Of a stretch of 62,423 nt of DNA, positions 11,429 through 25,917 are shown piece by piece. The position numbers and the translations under genes were made by a program. The notes beneath the pieces are model-generated. The model saw only the letters and a program-made list of their open reading frames with translations, made no database searches and was not told where the DNA came from. The first letter of the stretch is position 1. Every line of letters begins with the position of its first letter. The stretch lies in contig NC_068997.1 of NCBI RefSeq assembly GCF_001194135.2, positions 25,057,758 to 25,120,180 on the forward strand, read 5' to 3'. Source of the DNA: Octopus bimaculoides (taxonomy: Eukaryota).

Positions 11429-12936
11429 GCATTGAGAAAGAGGGTAGGGTAGATAGATGCAGATAAAATAGACAGATATCTAAATAAGGAGAGATTGGTT
11501 GTGAGATGAATCTACGTCTGCAAGGAATGTTAAATAATCATACATATATAGGAGAAACAAAACAACCACCACCTGCCTTTAGAGAAATATAGAGAAGAAC
11601 GATAGAAACACTATCCATAGGGGGACAACCAAAAATATGGCGATAAACTCCTGCGGAAGTTATTTAATTATTACGGCGCTCGCAACTCTTGAAAGACGAA
11701 CAAATGAACACCCACACAGATATATATATATATANNNNNNNNNNNNNNNNNNNNNNNNNNNNNNNNNNNNNNNNNNNNNNNNNNNNNNNNNNNNNNNNNN
11801 NNNNNNNNNNNNNNNNNNNNNNNNNNNNNNTATATATACATTTCATTATGATTTAGAACGCCTGGCGGCGCACATGTAGCGTCAGACGATGCCATAAAAA
11901 CTAGTGAAACTACTTTTTCATCTCGTCAGCTATAGTCTAGAATTTCTACAGTCATTGAAGAAGCACCTGCCTTGTTAGCTTGCAAATTTTCAATTATCAG
12001 TGTTATGCTGCCATTTTTTTTTTTATGTGTTCCAGTTGAACAGGGTCCATTCCCTCGTTTCTTCCTGCACAACATGTTTGGTGCAATGATCTCATATTTC
12101 TATTAAAAAAAATGTGTTAGGGAAACTTCACATATCTTCGTTGTTTTATCTACGTTGTTATCTTTGCTGACACGATGAAGTATGGTCCACATTCATTCAT
12201 AGTATGCGGTGTGTCTGTCTGTGTATGAAATACTGCCAGAGGCATTTCGTGGACAAATGCAAATAGTTTTTAATATTTTCCTCATCTTATAACCAACCAT
12301 TTCAGTTGTCAAAGAAAAACAAGGTTTGGAAGCAGATCTTATACTAATAGTTATGTTCTAAAACTAAAGTGATGATTGATTATATATATTCTTCATCTTT
12401 CACTAGTATATTATTTCTTATTCATAAGAGAACCTAAATAATGTAATCGCAATGTTGTTACTTAAGCCCAAGTTTTTCCCAACTTGAAAATATTTACGAC
12501 TTGCGTATACAAGCTTTGACAAATTCCTCCTTTTATTTCAGGATTTTTTTTTACATATTCTTTAATATCGATTTCCAATCAGTCATATAGCATATGCCCC
12601 ATAATCTGAAATTTATAATACCGTATGTCTAATGATGACTATAAAAATTTAATCATACCTCACATCAAATGAATATCTTTTTTTTTTATCTCTGGAGACA
12701 TAAAATAATGCCTGATTGATGTTGCTGGTCATCAAAGATGAACTCAATAAGTATATGAAGAATGATATAACTTATAGCTGCTTATAGTAACGAATAATAT
12801 TAATACGCCAACTTTTTGTTTTTGTACGTACCTGTTGTGTGCGTCACACTTAATTGAAAGAAGTGGCAAAACGAGAGAGAGGAGGACAGAGAGGATGTAA
12901 CAGAGTGAGTGAGATAGTCAGAGAGAAAGAGAGAGA

Positions 12937-13110
12937 GTGAAAGAAACAGTGAGTGGTGACGGCGTTCGTTTTGTGCTTTTAAATGTTTCATAGAGGACGT
13001 AAGAGAGAAAGTGAGTGAAAGAGAAAGTGAGAGAGTGAGAGAGAAAGAGAAAGAGAGTGTGAAAGAGACAGTGAGTGGTGACGGCATTCGTTTTGTGTTT
13101 CTAAATGTTT
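12937..13110 (+). repeat. Local direct duplication, period about 122 bp
   Basis: GTGAAAGA(A/G)ACAGTGAGTGGTGACGGC(G/A)TTCGTTTTGTG..AAATGTTT occurs at 12937-12988 and 13059-13110. Confidence 0.85.
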
Positions 13111-13324
13111 ATCACATCGCAAGAGAAGTAGATACATAGATACATATACACATTGTCAAATCAAAAGCAGGAGGGAAGATGGACACAAAGGAAGTGAAAA
13201 AGAAAGCGGGAAAGTGAGAGAGACAGTAGATACATAAATCCAAAGGAAAGTTCATAAATACATAAACACAGCAATTATTGGATGTCAGTTTCGCTTTTCA
13301 TTACCACACGAGGATAAAATTAAC

Positions 13325-13430
13325 TCACAAATGTCTGAGTACTCCACAGACATGCATAACATAAACGTAGTTCTCAGAGAGATTCAGCCTCACACACAAT
13401 ATGACAAGGCTGGCCCCTTTGAATTACAGC
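13325..13430 (+). mobile_element. Dispersed SINE-like repeat (family E), second copy at about 55700-55800 (-)
   Basis: GAGTACTCCACAGACATGCATAACATAAACGTAGTTCTC matches the reverse complement of 55745-55790 (GAGTATTCTATAGACATATGTATCCTAAACGTAATTCTC). Confidence 0.6.
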
Positions 13431-13440
13431 TAAAACTCGA

Positions 13441-13474
<34 letters not shown>

Positions 13475-13654
13475 TGTATTTGTGTGTGTGTGTGTATAGT
13501 ATAGGTTAGATAAAATATGTTTGCAATAATAAGTGTCACGTGGTGGAAATAAACGCAATTGCCAAACTTTCATTCATAAATCCATTTATTATTTCGTTCT
13601 TTTGCCTTTCAATTTGTACATTTGTACCCAGAAATTCTCATCAACTGAACGCCA

Positions 13655-13975
13655 GTATTCATATGTACTCAGGAGATTCGTATAAGATTTTGGAGGATCC
13701 ACAGAAGCAAAATAGTAAATTGAGTCTACAGTACTGTTTTATGGGTCTATAAGGAAACTTTACTTTAAATGTATTTATTTCAAGAAACAGCTAGGTTTCT
13801 GTTTCAATCGTTTTACATAGTTCAACTTACAGAAGTTAATGTGTAAAAAAACAAGAAGAAGTATGTATGAAACTAGTTTTTAAACAACGAATGACTATAA
13901 GGGTCTACCAGAATTTAATAGTAATCAAAGGGGTCCATAGGTAAAAAAAAATGATGGAGAACCACCGATGTAGTT
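13655..13975 (+). mobile_element. Degenerate hAT(Charlie)-like MITE
   Basis: GGGGTCCATAGGTAAAAAAAAATGATGGAGAACCACCG resembles the GGGGTCC..AAAAAGGTTGAGAACCACTG hAT end also seen at 51933-51970. Confidence 0.4.
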
Positions 13976-14204
13976 GAATGTGATATAAAGGAGATATTAC
14001 TGCTGTTTCTAGCATTTTAAGAAACTGGATAGTGACTTTTTTTTGCTGTCATTTTAAGGTCTTTTTAAATTGTTCTGTAATAGCAAATACAAGATAATGA
14101 ACCAGCCAATCAGGATATGAAAACATATCCATTAATATTTAAGACCTAATTATTTATGTTGTAGAATAATTTCATTGGAGTATATTAATCCAAGCATTTG
14201 TCAA

Positions 14205-14433
14205 AAGTCACGTGACTTACTACGCATCGGCGAGTCACATGGCTAACTGCGTAGCAAGACATGTAGCTGAAACTGTAATAAGTCAAGTAGCTGACAACGT
14301 AGCAAGTCACGTGGCTATTAGCGTATCAAGTCACGTGGCTGAGAATACAACATGTTACACGGCTGGAAAAATCGCCATCCGCGGTTTATTTATTGGTTTT
14401 CATTTCTGACTGACACGTGACATGTCACATGAC
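14205..14433. promoter_or_regulatory. 24-bp-periodic array of E-box (GTCACGTG/GTCACATG) motifs
   Basis: AGTCACGTGGCT-like cores start at 14206, 14233, 14257, 14281, 14305 and 14329. Perfect palindrome AAGTCACGTGACTT at 14205-14218. Extra CACGTG at 14414 and GTCACATGAC at 14424. Confidence 0.55.
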
Positions 14434-14819
14434 TTGCTGAATATATCGCACTGCTAGAGCTATTGTATTAAGATGGTATTGTATATTTTGCATATAATCC
14501 AATGTTTAAAGCATAGGTGTCTGCTTACTGATGGCTAAACTGAGACTTTGCTCATAGGAGTTTGAGAGAAAAGTAAAAACAACAACAGCCAGAATAACAA
14601 TAAAATGCAGGAACAGCAATAACAGTGATATCTATAACACTATTTAGCTGCCACCTTAGATGCACTTAAGGGAAAAGTCCACCGTGTTGCAAGTATCCGG
14701 ATCAGATTTCAGATTTGAGGCAAACTTGGAGCCTCTCATAAGGAGCGTGGAAAATGCCTTTATTTTTTGGTTTTGGTATGAGAAAAAAAAACAAAAAAAC
14801 CTCCAGCATCAGTAACAAC

Positions 14820-14926
14820 AGTAACCACTATCGTCGTCATCGCCCTCGTCGTCATCATCATCATCATCATCATCATCGTTGTCGTTGTCGTCGTTGCCAC
14901 CTCATTATCATCATCACCACTACCAC

Positions 14927-14979
<53 letters not shown>

Positions 14980-15490
14980 TCATCATCATCACCACAACCA
15001 CCACCACCACCACCACTACCACCACCTCCACCACCATCCCCGTCGACATCATCGTCATCCTCGTTGCCGTCTCATCATCATCATTATCACCACCACCACC
15101 ACCACCACCACAACCACAACCACAACCATCATCATCATCATCATCGTCATCAACAATATCATCACCACTACCACGACTATGGTCATCGTCATCATCATCA
15201 TCGCCATTGTCATCATTATCATAATCATCATCCTCATCAGCAAACAGCATCATAGTTATCGTCATCACCATCATGACCATCACTATCACCATCCCACTGT
15301 CGTCATCACCATCATTGCCGTTACCAGCATCGTGGTCGTCATCGTCGTAGTCGACATCACCGTCGTCATCAACATCATCATTATCATCATAATTATCATC
15401 GTAATCATAATAATCATCATCAGCATCATCATCGTCGTCGTCGTCGTCGTCGTCGTTTGCGTCGTCGTCGTCATCATCATCATCACTATC
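14820..15490. repeat. (CAT/CAC/CGT)n trinucleotide field
   Basis: Direct reading. Confidence 0.92.
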
Positions 15491-16077
15491 ATCGTCTTCT
15501 TGACTGTACCTACCGAACAGTGAATATTTTGGCAATCCTTGACGTGTGTCAGTGTGTACAGACGTCACATCTGTACTTCTGACAAGACTCCACCACACAC
15601 TACATGGAATGTGCGCAATGACGTCAGCAAAAGGGCCAGGTGTTCCCGTGAGAGGGGGCTTTAATCAGTGTCAAGAATGAAAGAAAGACAGAGACGTTAT
15701 AAAGTCACAGACGAGCAGAAAAGAAAAATCAGAAACGTTAAATGTATGCAATTATGTGTCCATATATGTAATACTTGTTTTAATATCTGTGCATATGTAT
15801 GTATGTGTGTATGTAAGTATGTATGTATGTGTATGTATGCATGTACGTATATNNNNNNNNNNNNNNNNNNNNNNNNNNNNNNNNNNNNNNNNNNNNNNNN
15901 NNNNNNNNNNNNNNNNNNNNNNNNNNNNNNNNNNNNNNNNNNNNNNNNNNNNNNNNNNNNNNNNNNNNNNNNNNNNNNNNNNNNNNNNNNNNNNNNNNNN
16001 NNNNNNNNNNNNNNNNNNNNNNNNNTACATACATATATGCGTTTGGGTTTAAATATATATATCTATATATCTATCTA

Positions 16078-16153
<76 letters not shown>

Positions 16154-16557
16154 ATGTTTTAAGCCAGTACAATAATTGAGATCAGTCATGCCCTCAATTC
16201 TTTTAGTGAATATCTTCTGGAGTAATTCAGCTTTCGAAATGTGTTGTTTTGTATGAGTAGACCACAGGGAACAGCAGTATTCGAGCTGCAGCTGTACAAA
16301 GGAGGAGAAAAGAGGAATGAGCTATCCTATATACATCTCTCTCCACCGCCACACATTCAATAATACTATAAAAAGAAACATTCTCTCAAGGTTTCTCTCA
16401 AAACTTGATAAACCTACAAGACTAGGTGAAAGCGCTATCTTATAAAACATGTGACATATGAATAAAAATCTGTAAATATACAACCCTCCAGACACCTGAG
16501 TACCTGATTATTATTTTTTCTAATATATAATTGCTGTACATCACCCCCAAACCTTCC

Positions 16558-16588
<31 letters not shown>

Positions 16589-18319
16589 ATTATTTTGACA
16601 ATTCTTTTCCCAGCCACACATAAATACACATACGCACACAGATACACATATGCACGCACACGCGTACTCACACATACACATAGAGGTACTCTCGTACACA
16701 CATACACGCACTCACACTCATACAATCGTCTCCGTAACTAATTTTCTGCAAAATATATACATATTCATCGAAGTGTAACATTACTGTCTGACAATAAAAA
16801 AATATTCTATTTGTCCACTTGCACACCTCAAGTTTTCTTCTTAGCTGTTTAAGTGACAGTTGGCACTTGTCATTACCAATGACATCTACTTCTCCCACTA
16901 TCACCTGTACTCACCTGTGGAAAAGGTGGTGTGCTGTCACAGTGAACGGCTGCGCTTTACCAAGCTTAAAGTTAGTGACATGGAGTCACAGAATTATTAT
17001 TAATGATATTTCTACTTATATAGAGCCAGTTGGATTTAAAGACGTAATATTTACCAGACACGGGTGTAATAACACCCAACGGCGCGAATAACAATAATAA
17101 TTTCTGTCGAAAGTCGCAACAGCAGAAATTTGGTCGGAGGGGAACGAAATGTTTAAATATATCGTGTGATTGACTGGTATTCTATTGCTTTATTTGATCT
17201 CGAGATTTGCCAGGCTCTTGTTCTCGTCACTTCTCCGGGCTACTTTCTCACAATGTCAGCGCTCATCCAGAATGTCATTCCTGTCGCCCTCTTTTACTAA
17301 TAAGTAAGAACTTCTTCAGAATGCGTCTAGAGGCAGTGAGAAAAATATGTCTGCTTCACGTCAGTCCGATTGGTAAACGGGAACCACTTCCTCCGCTGCT
17401 GTTTCCGGACAGAACTATATTGGCTTACCATTTCAGTCCACGATGACCGTTCGTACATCGAGACCTAGACCTTCTGAAAACAACACTAGTATATCACTCG
17501 GAGAAAAGATTCTCACGATACGTATGCATTAAAACTGAGCATGAGTACTTACATTCCAGAAATCCGGATTTCACTAACAGCTACTCTATTTTGCTTCAAG
17601 CCATTAAAGAAAGAAACTTAGAACCAGACTGATTTTGGTACAAGCTTGATACGAACTTGGTACGAACTTTGTACGTTTGCGTAAAGCGGTGTACTATACA
17701 GATGTAGAGGGTAATAACAAAAAGATGACAACAATGAATTTACATGCAGGCCAACAGGGTAATCTTGTCTTGATGATGTTAGTCAAATGAAGCGACCGGA
17801 ATAGCATTGATCAGTTTTATGTATGGGGTTCCCCAAATATTCACAGCAACATCTTACATTACATTTTCTAATTTTGAAAGGTCTCAACTTTTTCTGGAAG
17901 TCTAAAACAGTATCTGCTGCCGATCCGCGATTATATTATACAAAACTGCCATTCACCAGAGCTGACGAAATTTGGTCAACCGTTAACATCTGTCTACGGC
18001 GTTCAAAACAACACAGCCAATTTAGGCTGGACGTGCTAATTTATTTTCGTTAAAAGACTGTTTCCTTCGCTAACAACTAATTCATACACAGCCTGCTAGC
18101 GTTTGGTGATATGACAGACTGTTTAACCAAAGTTGAACTATATCGGTTTGACAGATTTTGGATATGGTATTCGGTGATTGGTTACCGGCTGCTGATCATC
18201 TCCAATCTACGGTGAAATCAAGTGACGTGATGTAACAGTGTCATCCGCTGGTTCTGACTGAATTACATATAAACACACACACGTAGAATACGAGATGGTT
18301 GTCGGAAAAATTGCATGAC

Positions 18320-18448
18320 TTGTATACGTACATACATACATGCATACATACGTACATACATACATACATACGTACATACAAACATACATACGTACATACA
18401 TATATACATACGTACACACACACACACATATAGATAGATACGTAGATG

Positions 18449-18516
<68 letters not shown>

Positions 18517-18539
18517 TACAGACAGACGGACTGATATAC

Positions 18540-18574
<35 letters not shown>

Positions 18575-19248
18575 AAGACGGGAATATGTATGTATGTAAA
18601 CAATTTACTAACAACCATTAGATAGCGTTGTCAGTACAAATAATATATATATATATATATATGTGTATACATATATTTATATATATGTACATATATACAC
18701 ACATATACATACATTTATTATATATATATATATGTGTATGTATATATATATACATACATACATACATACATACATACATACACACATTCATATACTCACA
18801 CAGACGCACACATATATATAATCAGTAAAAAAAAAGGCGTTGAAAGCCTATGATAGATGTGTTGTATACATATTAAAAGATGTCTTTATTCAGACGATCC
18901 CTATTAAACGCAAAAGACCAAGATACGCCGATGCAAAGATAGCAATCTAGACCTTATCATCAAGGCATGTATTTTAGATATACTAAACAGCTAGTAACCA
19001 ATCTGAGCATGAATAAGAAAATGGCGTATCTTTAGGATGAATAAATAAATAGATATATAAAACACACAAGTAGCAGGAAAAATATAACATAAAACCAAAG
19101 GCACCAGAAAGAATTTTTTCTGATGTAGACAAAATAGAAAGAAAAATTTATACGAATATATGTATATATATATATATATGTACATAGATATGTACGTACG
19201 TATGAAATTGTACGTGCGTGTGCATGCTTGTATGTGTACGTATATGTG

Positions 19249-19294
<46 letters not shown>

Positions 19295-19900
19295 AGCACA
19301 CACATATATATATATACGCACACACACATATATATACAAACATACACATATGTGTATGCATATACATATTTATATACACATATATACGCACACATATGTT
19401 ATAGTATATACATACAAATATATATACACCTATATACATATATATATTTATATACACATATATACGCACACATATGTTATAGTATATACATACAAATATA
19501 TATATACCTATATACATATATATACGTATATACATATAATTATGTATGTATGTGTGAATATATATATGCATACATACGTATATACTTAGGCATATATAAA
19601 TGTATACATATATACGTGAGCGAGTATGTTTGTGTGTGCGTGCCTGTGTGTGTGTGTGGGTGTATGTTCTTGTACACACCCACACGCGCCTACTCTTGCA
19701 TAGAGATAAAGTATAGATAGATAAGACACTTAATATACATACATGCATATGCACGCATAATACATTCATACATGCATACATACACACATATACACATATA
19801 TATAAATATCCGTATACATATATAAATACACATTCATCTATATATATATATGTACATACATACACGCATACACAAACACATACACACACCTATATAATAC
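18320..19900. repeat. (TACA)n, (TAGA)n and (TA)n/(CA)n field, including a ~60-bp tandem duplication near 19365-19520
   Basis: Direct reading. Confidence 0.9.
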
Positions 19901-20732
19901 TAAGTTTAAAAGAGACACAGATTTAATTTGAGTGAGAAAGACGGTTTGACATACTCATGTAGAATAATAATGACAACATTTCATAAAAACCGTTTTTCAG
20001 TTTTTTCGTCTTTTATTCCAGTTCTAATAGCCTTTGGTATTTTCTCATTATCGACTTTCTCTCCATTAACATTGAGTAAATGACATTCCTTACCTATTTC
20101 TTTACCAATTTTCTTGAATTACTGCCGTTCTTCCAATTTTTCTTACATGGACTGTAATATANNNNNNNNNNNNNNNNNNNNNNNNNNNNNNNNNNNNNNN
20201 NNNNNNNNNNNNNNNNNNNNNNNNNNNNNNNNNNNNNNNNNNNNNNNNNNNNNNNNNNNNNNNNNNNNNNNNNNNNNNNNNNNNNNNNNNNNNNNNNNNN
20301 NNNNNNNNNNNNNNNNNNNNNNNNNNNNNNNNNNNNNNNNNNNNNNNNNNNNNNNNNNNNNNNNNNNNNNNNNNNNNNNNNNNNNNNNNNNNNNNNNNNN
20401 NNNNNNNNNNNNNNNNNNNNNNNNNNNNNNNNNNNNNNNNNNNNNNNNNNNNNNNNNNNNNNNNNNNNNNNNNNNNNNNNNNNNNNNNNNNNNNNNNNNN
20501 NNNNNNNNNNNNNNNNNNNNNNNNNNNNNNNNNNNNNNNNNNNNNNNNNNNNNNNNNNNNNNNNNNNNNNNNNNNNNNNNNNNNNNNNNNNNNNNNNNNN
20601 NNNNNNNNNNNNNNNNNNNNNNNNNNNNNNNNNNNNNNNNNNNNNNNNNNNNNNNNNNNNNNNNNNTATATATATATATATATGTATATATATATGAGTA
20701 TATATATGTATATATATGTGTATATATATATA

Positions 20733-20801
<69 letters not shown>

Positions 20802-21149
20802 GTGTGTGCGTGTGTGTATGTGTGTGTGTGCGTTTGTGTGTGTGTGTGTGTAAGTAAGTATGTATTTGTGTGTGTATGTGTATGTATGTAAATGCATATA
20901 TAAATGTGTGCGTGCGCATATATACATACAAACACACATACATATATAAATACACACACACATACACACACTCCTATGCACATAGGCACACACACACACA
21001 CATATATATGTGTGGGGGCGTGTATGTAAAAATTTGGTCGAAGTTGTTCTATGTGTGTGTATGTGTGTATATGTGTATATATTCATGCGTTATCTTTTTT
21101 GTAAGTTTCTTCTCCCCAAACTATATGCAATGAATACAGTCTCTCCAAC

Positions 21150-21330
21150 GACAAGACTAATAACATTATATTATATCTCTCAAGAAAATCAAGAAATCTA
21201 TTCGAATCTAAAGATCTGAATATAGAGATAAGCAGAATGCGGCTATTTAAGACAGAAATCATCTTCATAATAATAGCTGCTTTGAGAATAATTAAAGAAA
21301 AGCAGTAGACATATATAAGCAATCTCAGCG
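21150..21330 (+). mobile_element. Old, degenerate R4-like RLE-domain fragment
   Basis: Reads KDLNIEISRMRLFKTEIIFIIIAALRIIKEKQ*TYISNL, which aligns with KDLEIEVTRMWNLKTETISIIVGALGIIKKYSGKYITKT of the young copy. Confidence 0.6.
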
Positions 21331-21557
21331 CTCGTTTGTTTAGGTAATGCAGGCAATTAAAGAAGATTCCTGCAGAATAAATAATAAAATAAGAAAATAT
21401 CGTCTCTTAAACTCTTGGCACAGTAGTGAAACTTGATGTAAATATCTGCATGTTCTCAGATTTTGCTGGAAACGGAGTAGTCTTATTTTGAAATATCTGT
21501 TTGAATTGATTTCATATTCCTTCCCCTGCAAGAATCTTTTATTTATTTATTTATTTA

Positions 21558-21930
21558 ATTATCATCATTATTATTATTGTTCAGTAGTTTTATTTTTATA
21601 ACGTGCTTTCACTTCACTACCGAGCGCAGCTCTGTGCGCCTTGGGTATGTGCTGTGGTTTGCTGTGATGCTCTTATGGTTACTGTATTGAAAGTGTTTTG
21701 CGTAGGATGTGTGCAGTGCCCAGTAGTGCAATTTTCTGTATGTTATATATATTTGTAAGTCCTGGTGTTTTTGTTATGTATTTGCCTGAATATTTTTTTA
21801 TTATACCTAAGGCACCTACTATGATAGAAATTGTTTCTGTTTTTAGATTCCACATTCGAGTTACCTCTATTTCTAGGTCTTTGTATTTTGAAAGTTTCTC
21901 CATTTCTTTTAGGGAAACGTTGTCATCTGC
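21558..21930 (-). mobile_element. 5'-truncated young R4/Dong-like non-LTR copy with AAT-type tail
   Basis: ADDNVSLKEMEKLSKYKDLEIEVTRMWNLKTETISIIVGALG...LRKTLSIQ* contains the KExEK..KY.DL RLE motif. The 3' UTR is near-identical to 146-243. Confidence 0.9.
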
Positions 21931-23263
21931 TCAAAGAAGTGATTTAGATTTGGTGTGACGGACTTATACAGGTGTACTGAATACTATACAAGAAAAATGT
22001 TTTATTTATGGAAATTCTCTCCGCGTCTAGAAGATTTGACACGATTACCAAATGGCAAATATGATTCCCCATTTATGAAATCGCGGCCATATTGTCAGGA
22101 TATAAGGGAGTCATAAATACGTGTTTCTTACTAAATGAGCGTCATCGTCACAGCGATCTAATTAACGTATCTCCAGTTTCGAAAGTACTTAGAGTGATAG
22201 AAAAAGAGAAGAAATAGACATTATTAAATAACGCAGAAGAACAAAGATACTTCTGTTTGGTAAAATGAGTTTGGTATAGTCTATTTACTTAGTATACCTC
22301 TATACTTGACCGGTGATGATATCCACCCAGAGAAGCAATAAAAATTGTTGAGTCGAGCCCCAAACAGAAATGTATTTGAAACATAAATAGCCATAACTAA
22401 ACGTCTAAATTTACTCTAGCGCTACGAATGCTTCCTTCCCATACGTGCCTCCTTCAATAAGGGGGAGAAAAATGAATAAATAAATAAATAAATAAATAAG
22501 GAGTGGGGGTATTTGGTCGTCTAATGATAGCAACCGTCGAAAAATGTGACAAATGATAGATGGGTTCTTCACTTATCGTTGATTCTATTCTTTAAGGAGG
22601 CGATATCCTTCTATGAGCACACACACATACATACATACACATACACATGGACAGACATGGGCACACCACATATGAGAGCATACACACACGTATAAAGACA
22701 TACGCATAAATTCATATTGAAATATGTAGGAGGATGCATGGATGAATGGATAACCGATTGTAGCTAAATACTCAAAGCACACACACTCACACACACAAAC
22801 ACACACACACACACACACATACGCATAGACATACACTCATGTATCTATCTATCTATACATACATACATACATACATACATATATGCATACATACATACAT
22901 ATCTACATACATTCATATATGCATACATACATACATACATACATATATACATACATACATACATACATACATACATACGTATATGCATACATGCATACAT
23001 GCATACATACATACATACATGCATACATACATACATGCATACATACATACATACATACATANNNNNNNNNNACATACATACATACATACGCAGAGATACA
23101 GGGAGAGTGACTGCCAATGAGATAGTCATATTTGTTAATTTGTTTTCTTACATGTGTAATGCTATTCGGTGTCACTATCTTTTCCTCATATATGTATGCA
23201 TACGTATATGAATTAATGTATGTAAGTATTTGAATAAGTATATACACATATATACATACATAC

Positions 23264-23342
<79 letters not shown>

Positions 23343-23469
23343 CACATGCACACACGTGTGTATGAATATTTGTATTGTTTTGCTTTATTTTGGAACTTTT
23401 TGAAAGAACGAACACGTGTTGGAAGTGTCAACAGTTAATATTGCGCTAATGGCACACTCTACCGCGAAT

Positions 23470-23493
23470 TATTATTATTATTATTATTATTAT

Positions 23494-23575
<82 letters not shown>

Positions 23576-23580
23576 CGTTG
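23470..23580. repeat. (TTA)n-poly(T)-(TTA)n
   Basis: Direct reading. Confidence 0.95.
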
Positions 23581-23704
23581 TTGTCATGAATACTATTATG
23601 TTTATTATTTTTCTTATTTATATTATTGCTCTTATTCCCCTTACATTTTTACGTATTGTGTACATATTTTTTTTTTCGTTTATAACACGCATTTGTTTGT
23701 TTGT

Positions 23705-23743
<39 letters not shown>

Positions 23744-23820
23744 GTGCGTGCGTGTGCGTATTGTTATTGCATTTTTCATTTTGATTTCGTTTCTGAACAA
23801 CAATGACAAGATCAACAAGA

Positions 23821-23861
<41 letters not shown>

Positions 23862-24524
23862 AACTACTACTACTACTACTACAACAAAATTAAGTATGAT
23901 TGCCAAAAAGCAAAACAAAACAAAATCTGCGATAGTACCACGGGTACTTTATCAGTAATCTTGACAGAATAACTCTTTCAGATGAATTTGGGATTACACG
24001 CGCACACACGTAGACTCATTTACACATACACACAGAAGCCAACACACATACACATCCAAACAATGACGCGTATATTCATTTTTGATAGGGTCTGTCAGAC
24101 TTGAACTAGAAGATGCAAATCGCTGTTGAAACGCGTGATCTGAGAGAACCTTCTTTCGTACAGTTGATATTCATCATATAATCGATTTAGTGACTTAAGT
24201 GTGGTTTGAAACCGCGGTGTGAAAGCTACCCCGGGTCAATGAAGAGACACAATCAAGATAGAGTAACCTCGGAACACTTCTGTTAATGAAGCTATCGTGC
24301 TTTCAATGCACATTCGTCTAGGAGAAGGTGTTCTCTGAAGACGAAATACAACAGCAATTATCAATTTACCTTCGAATTAGGGGGAAAGTATTAAGTGTGT
24401 TCTGTATGTATGTTATTGCTTTGAATTGCGTTGTTTTTAGTGTACAAAACATTTATTACGCACACATACACATATATATGCAAATATAGAGGTATTCAGA
24501 TATATACACACATATATACATATT

Positions 24525-24587
<63 letters not shown>

Positions 24588-24672
24588 GCACACGCACGCG
24601 TGCGCATATCACCCACACACACACAAACACACACGCTCAAAACACGTAAACAAAGGACTAAATTTAAATTGT

Positions 24673-24804
24673 ACTAAATCCACTCAAAAGTCTCTGATCG
24701 GACTGAGGCCAAAGTAGCCGATACTTGGACATGGTGCAACGCAGTGGGACCGAAACCGAAACCATGAGGTTGTGAAGTAAACTTCCTCCCACACACCCAC
24801 GCCC
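24673..24804 (-). mobile_element. tRNA-derived SINE family B, degenerate
   Basis: AAATCCACTCAAAAG..ACGCAGTGGGACCGAAACCGAAACCATGAGGTTG aligns to 42285-42448. Confidence 0.75.
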
Positions 24805-25526
24805 GTGACTTCCCTTACTATTCCTTATTTCTCTTATGCATTGCTAGGTTGGTGAATTTACTGGGGAATATTTTTTATAATGGTTTCTTGAAGCTCACTC
24901 TTTAGACCATATCACCTTACCATCGTGAGCCCAACAACCTGAACATCAGGTCACGTGTCCCGACTCAGTAGGCTTTGACAATAGTACAAGTCACTCATTG
25001 AAGAGAGTGAAAAAAATGTGTGGTTAGATCCAACCGCGGATCCACGTAGTTGCGATGCGAACTTCTTAACCAGGTAAGTAAAACTAAAAATTCTGCTGAC
25101 AAGAATGTCTGCCATTAATGATCAAACGCTGGATATATTGTTAGTGAGGTTATTTCGTTTTATTATGTTTATATTTATATATGTATGTATTTATTTATCA
25201 CTTACATTGTATCATCGCTAAGTTAAAGAAGGTTATCTACTTTCAGCTTGATTAAACCTGCTTCCCCTGGTCTCATTAATCATGTACAGAGTATGACATT
25301 TTGGGGATGCCATACCTACCTACCAACGTGCGTGCGCATGTGTGTACGTACATAGCTACTTACCTACATTCCCTGTACACACACCAACACACCCACCCAC
25401 CTACGCCCTCCCCCACACATGTATTTATGTATGTATACGTATATTCATACACATACGCACACATATATACATAAATATACACATATGCATATATACATGC
25501 ATATGTATATTTACGTGCATTTATAC

Positions 25527-25566
<40 letters not shown>

Positions 25567-25917
25567 GCACATAGAAATGTCTATGTGTTTGTTTATATAT
25601 CCAATGGTGTTTCTTCCAATCAGTCGATACTCAGAGTTTATTACCATTAGTATCTTTTACAAAACTCAACCTATAAAATAATTATCCATGTCCANNNNNN
25701 NNNNNNNNNNNNNNNNNNNNNNNNNNNNNNNNNNNNNNNNNNNNNNNNNNNNNNNNNNNNNNNNNNNNNNNNNNNNNNNNNNNNNNNNNNNNNNNNNNNN
25801 NNNNNNNNNNNNNNNNNNNNNNNNNNNNNNNNNNNNNNNNNNNNNNNNNNNNNNNNNNNNNNNNNNNNNNNNNNNNNNNAATTTTAGTTAATTTTTGTTT
25901 ATTTTCAGACCATTAAA

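Noticed and set aside
24335-24346. CTGAAGA-C-GAAA hammerhead-like words
   Set aside because: No helix II, no NUH triplet with helix III, and no helix I partner.
25040-25082. Perfect CAG|GTAAGT donor
   Set aside because: It lies at the edge of a degenerate family B SINE and no acceptor or open frame supports an exon.
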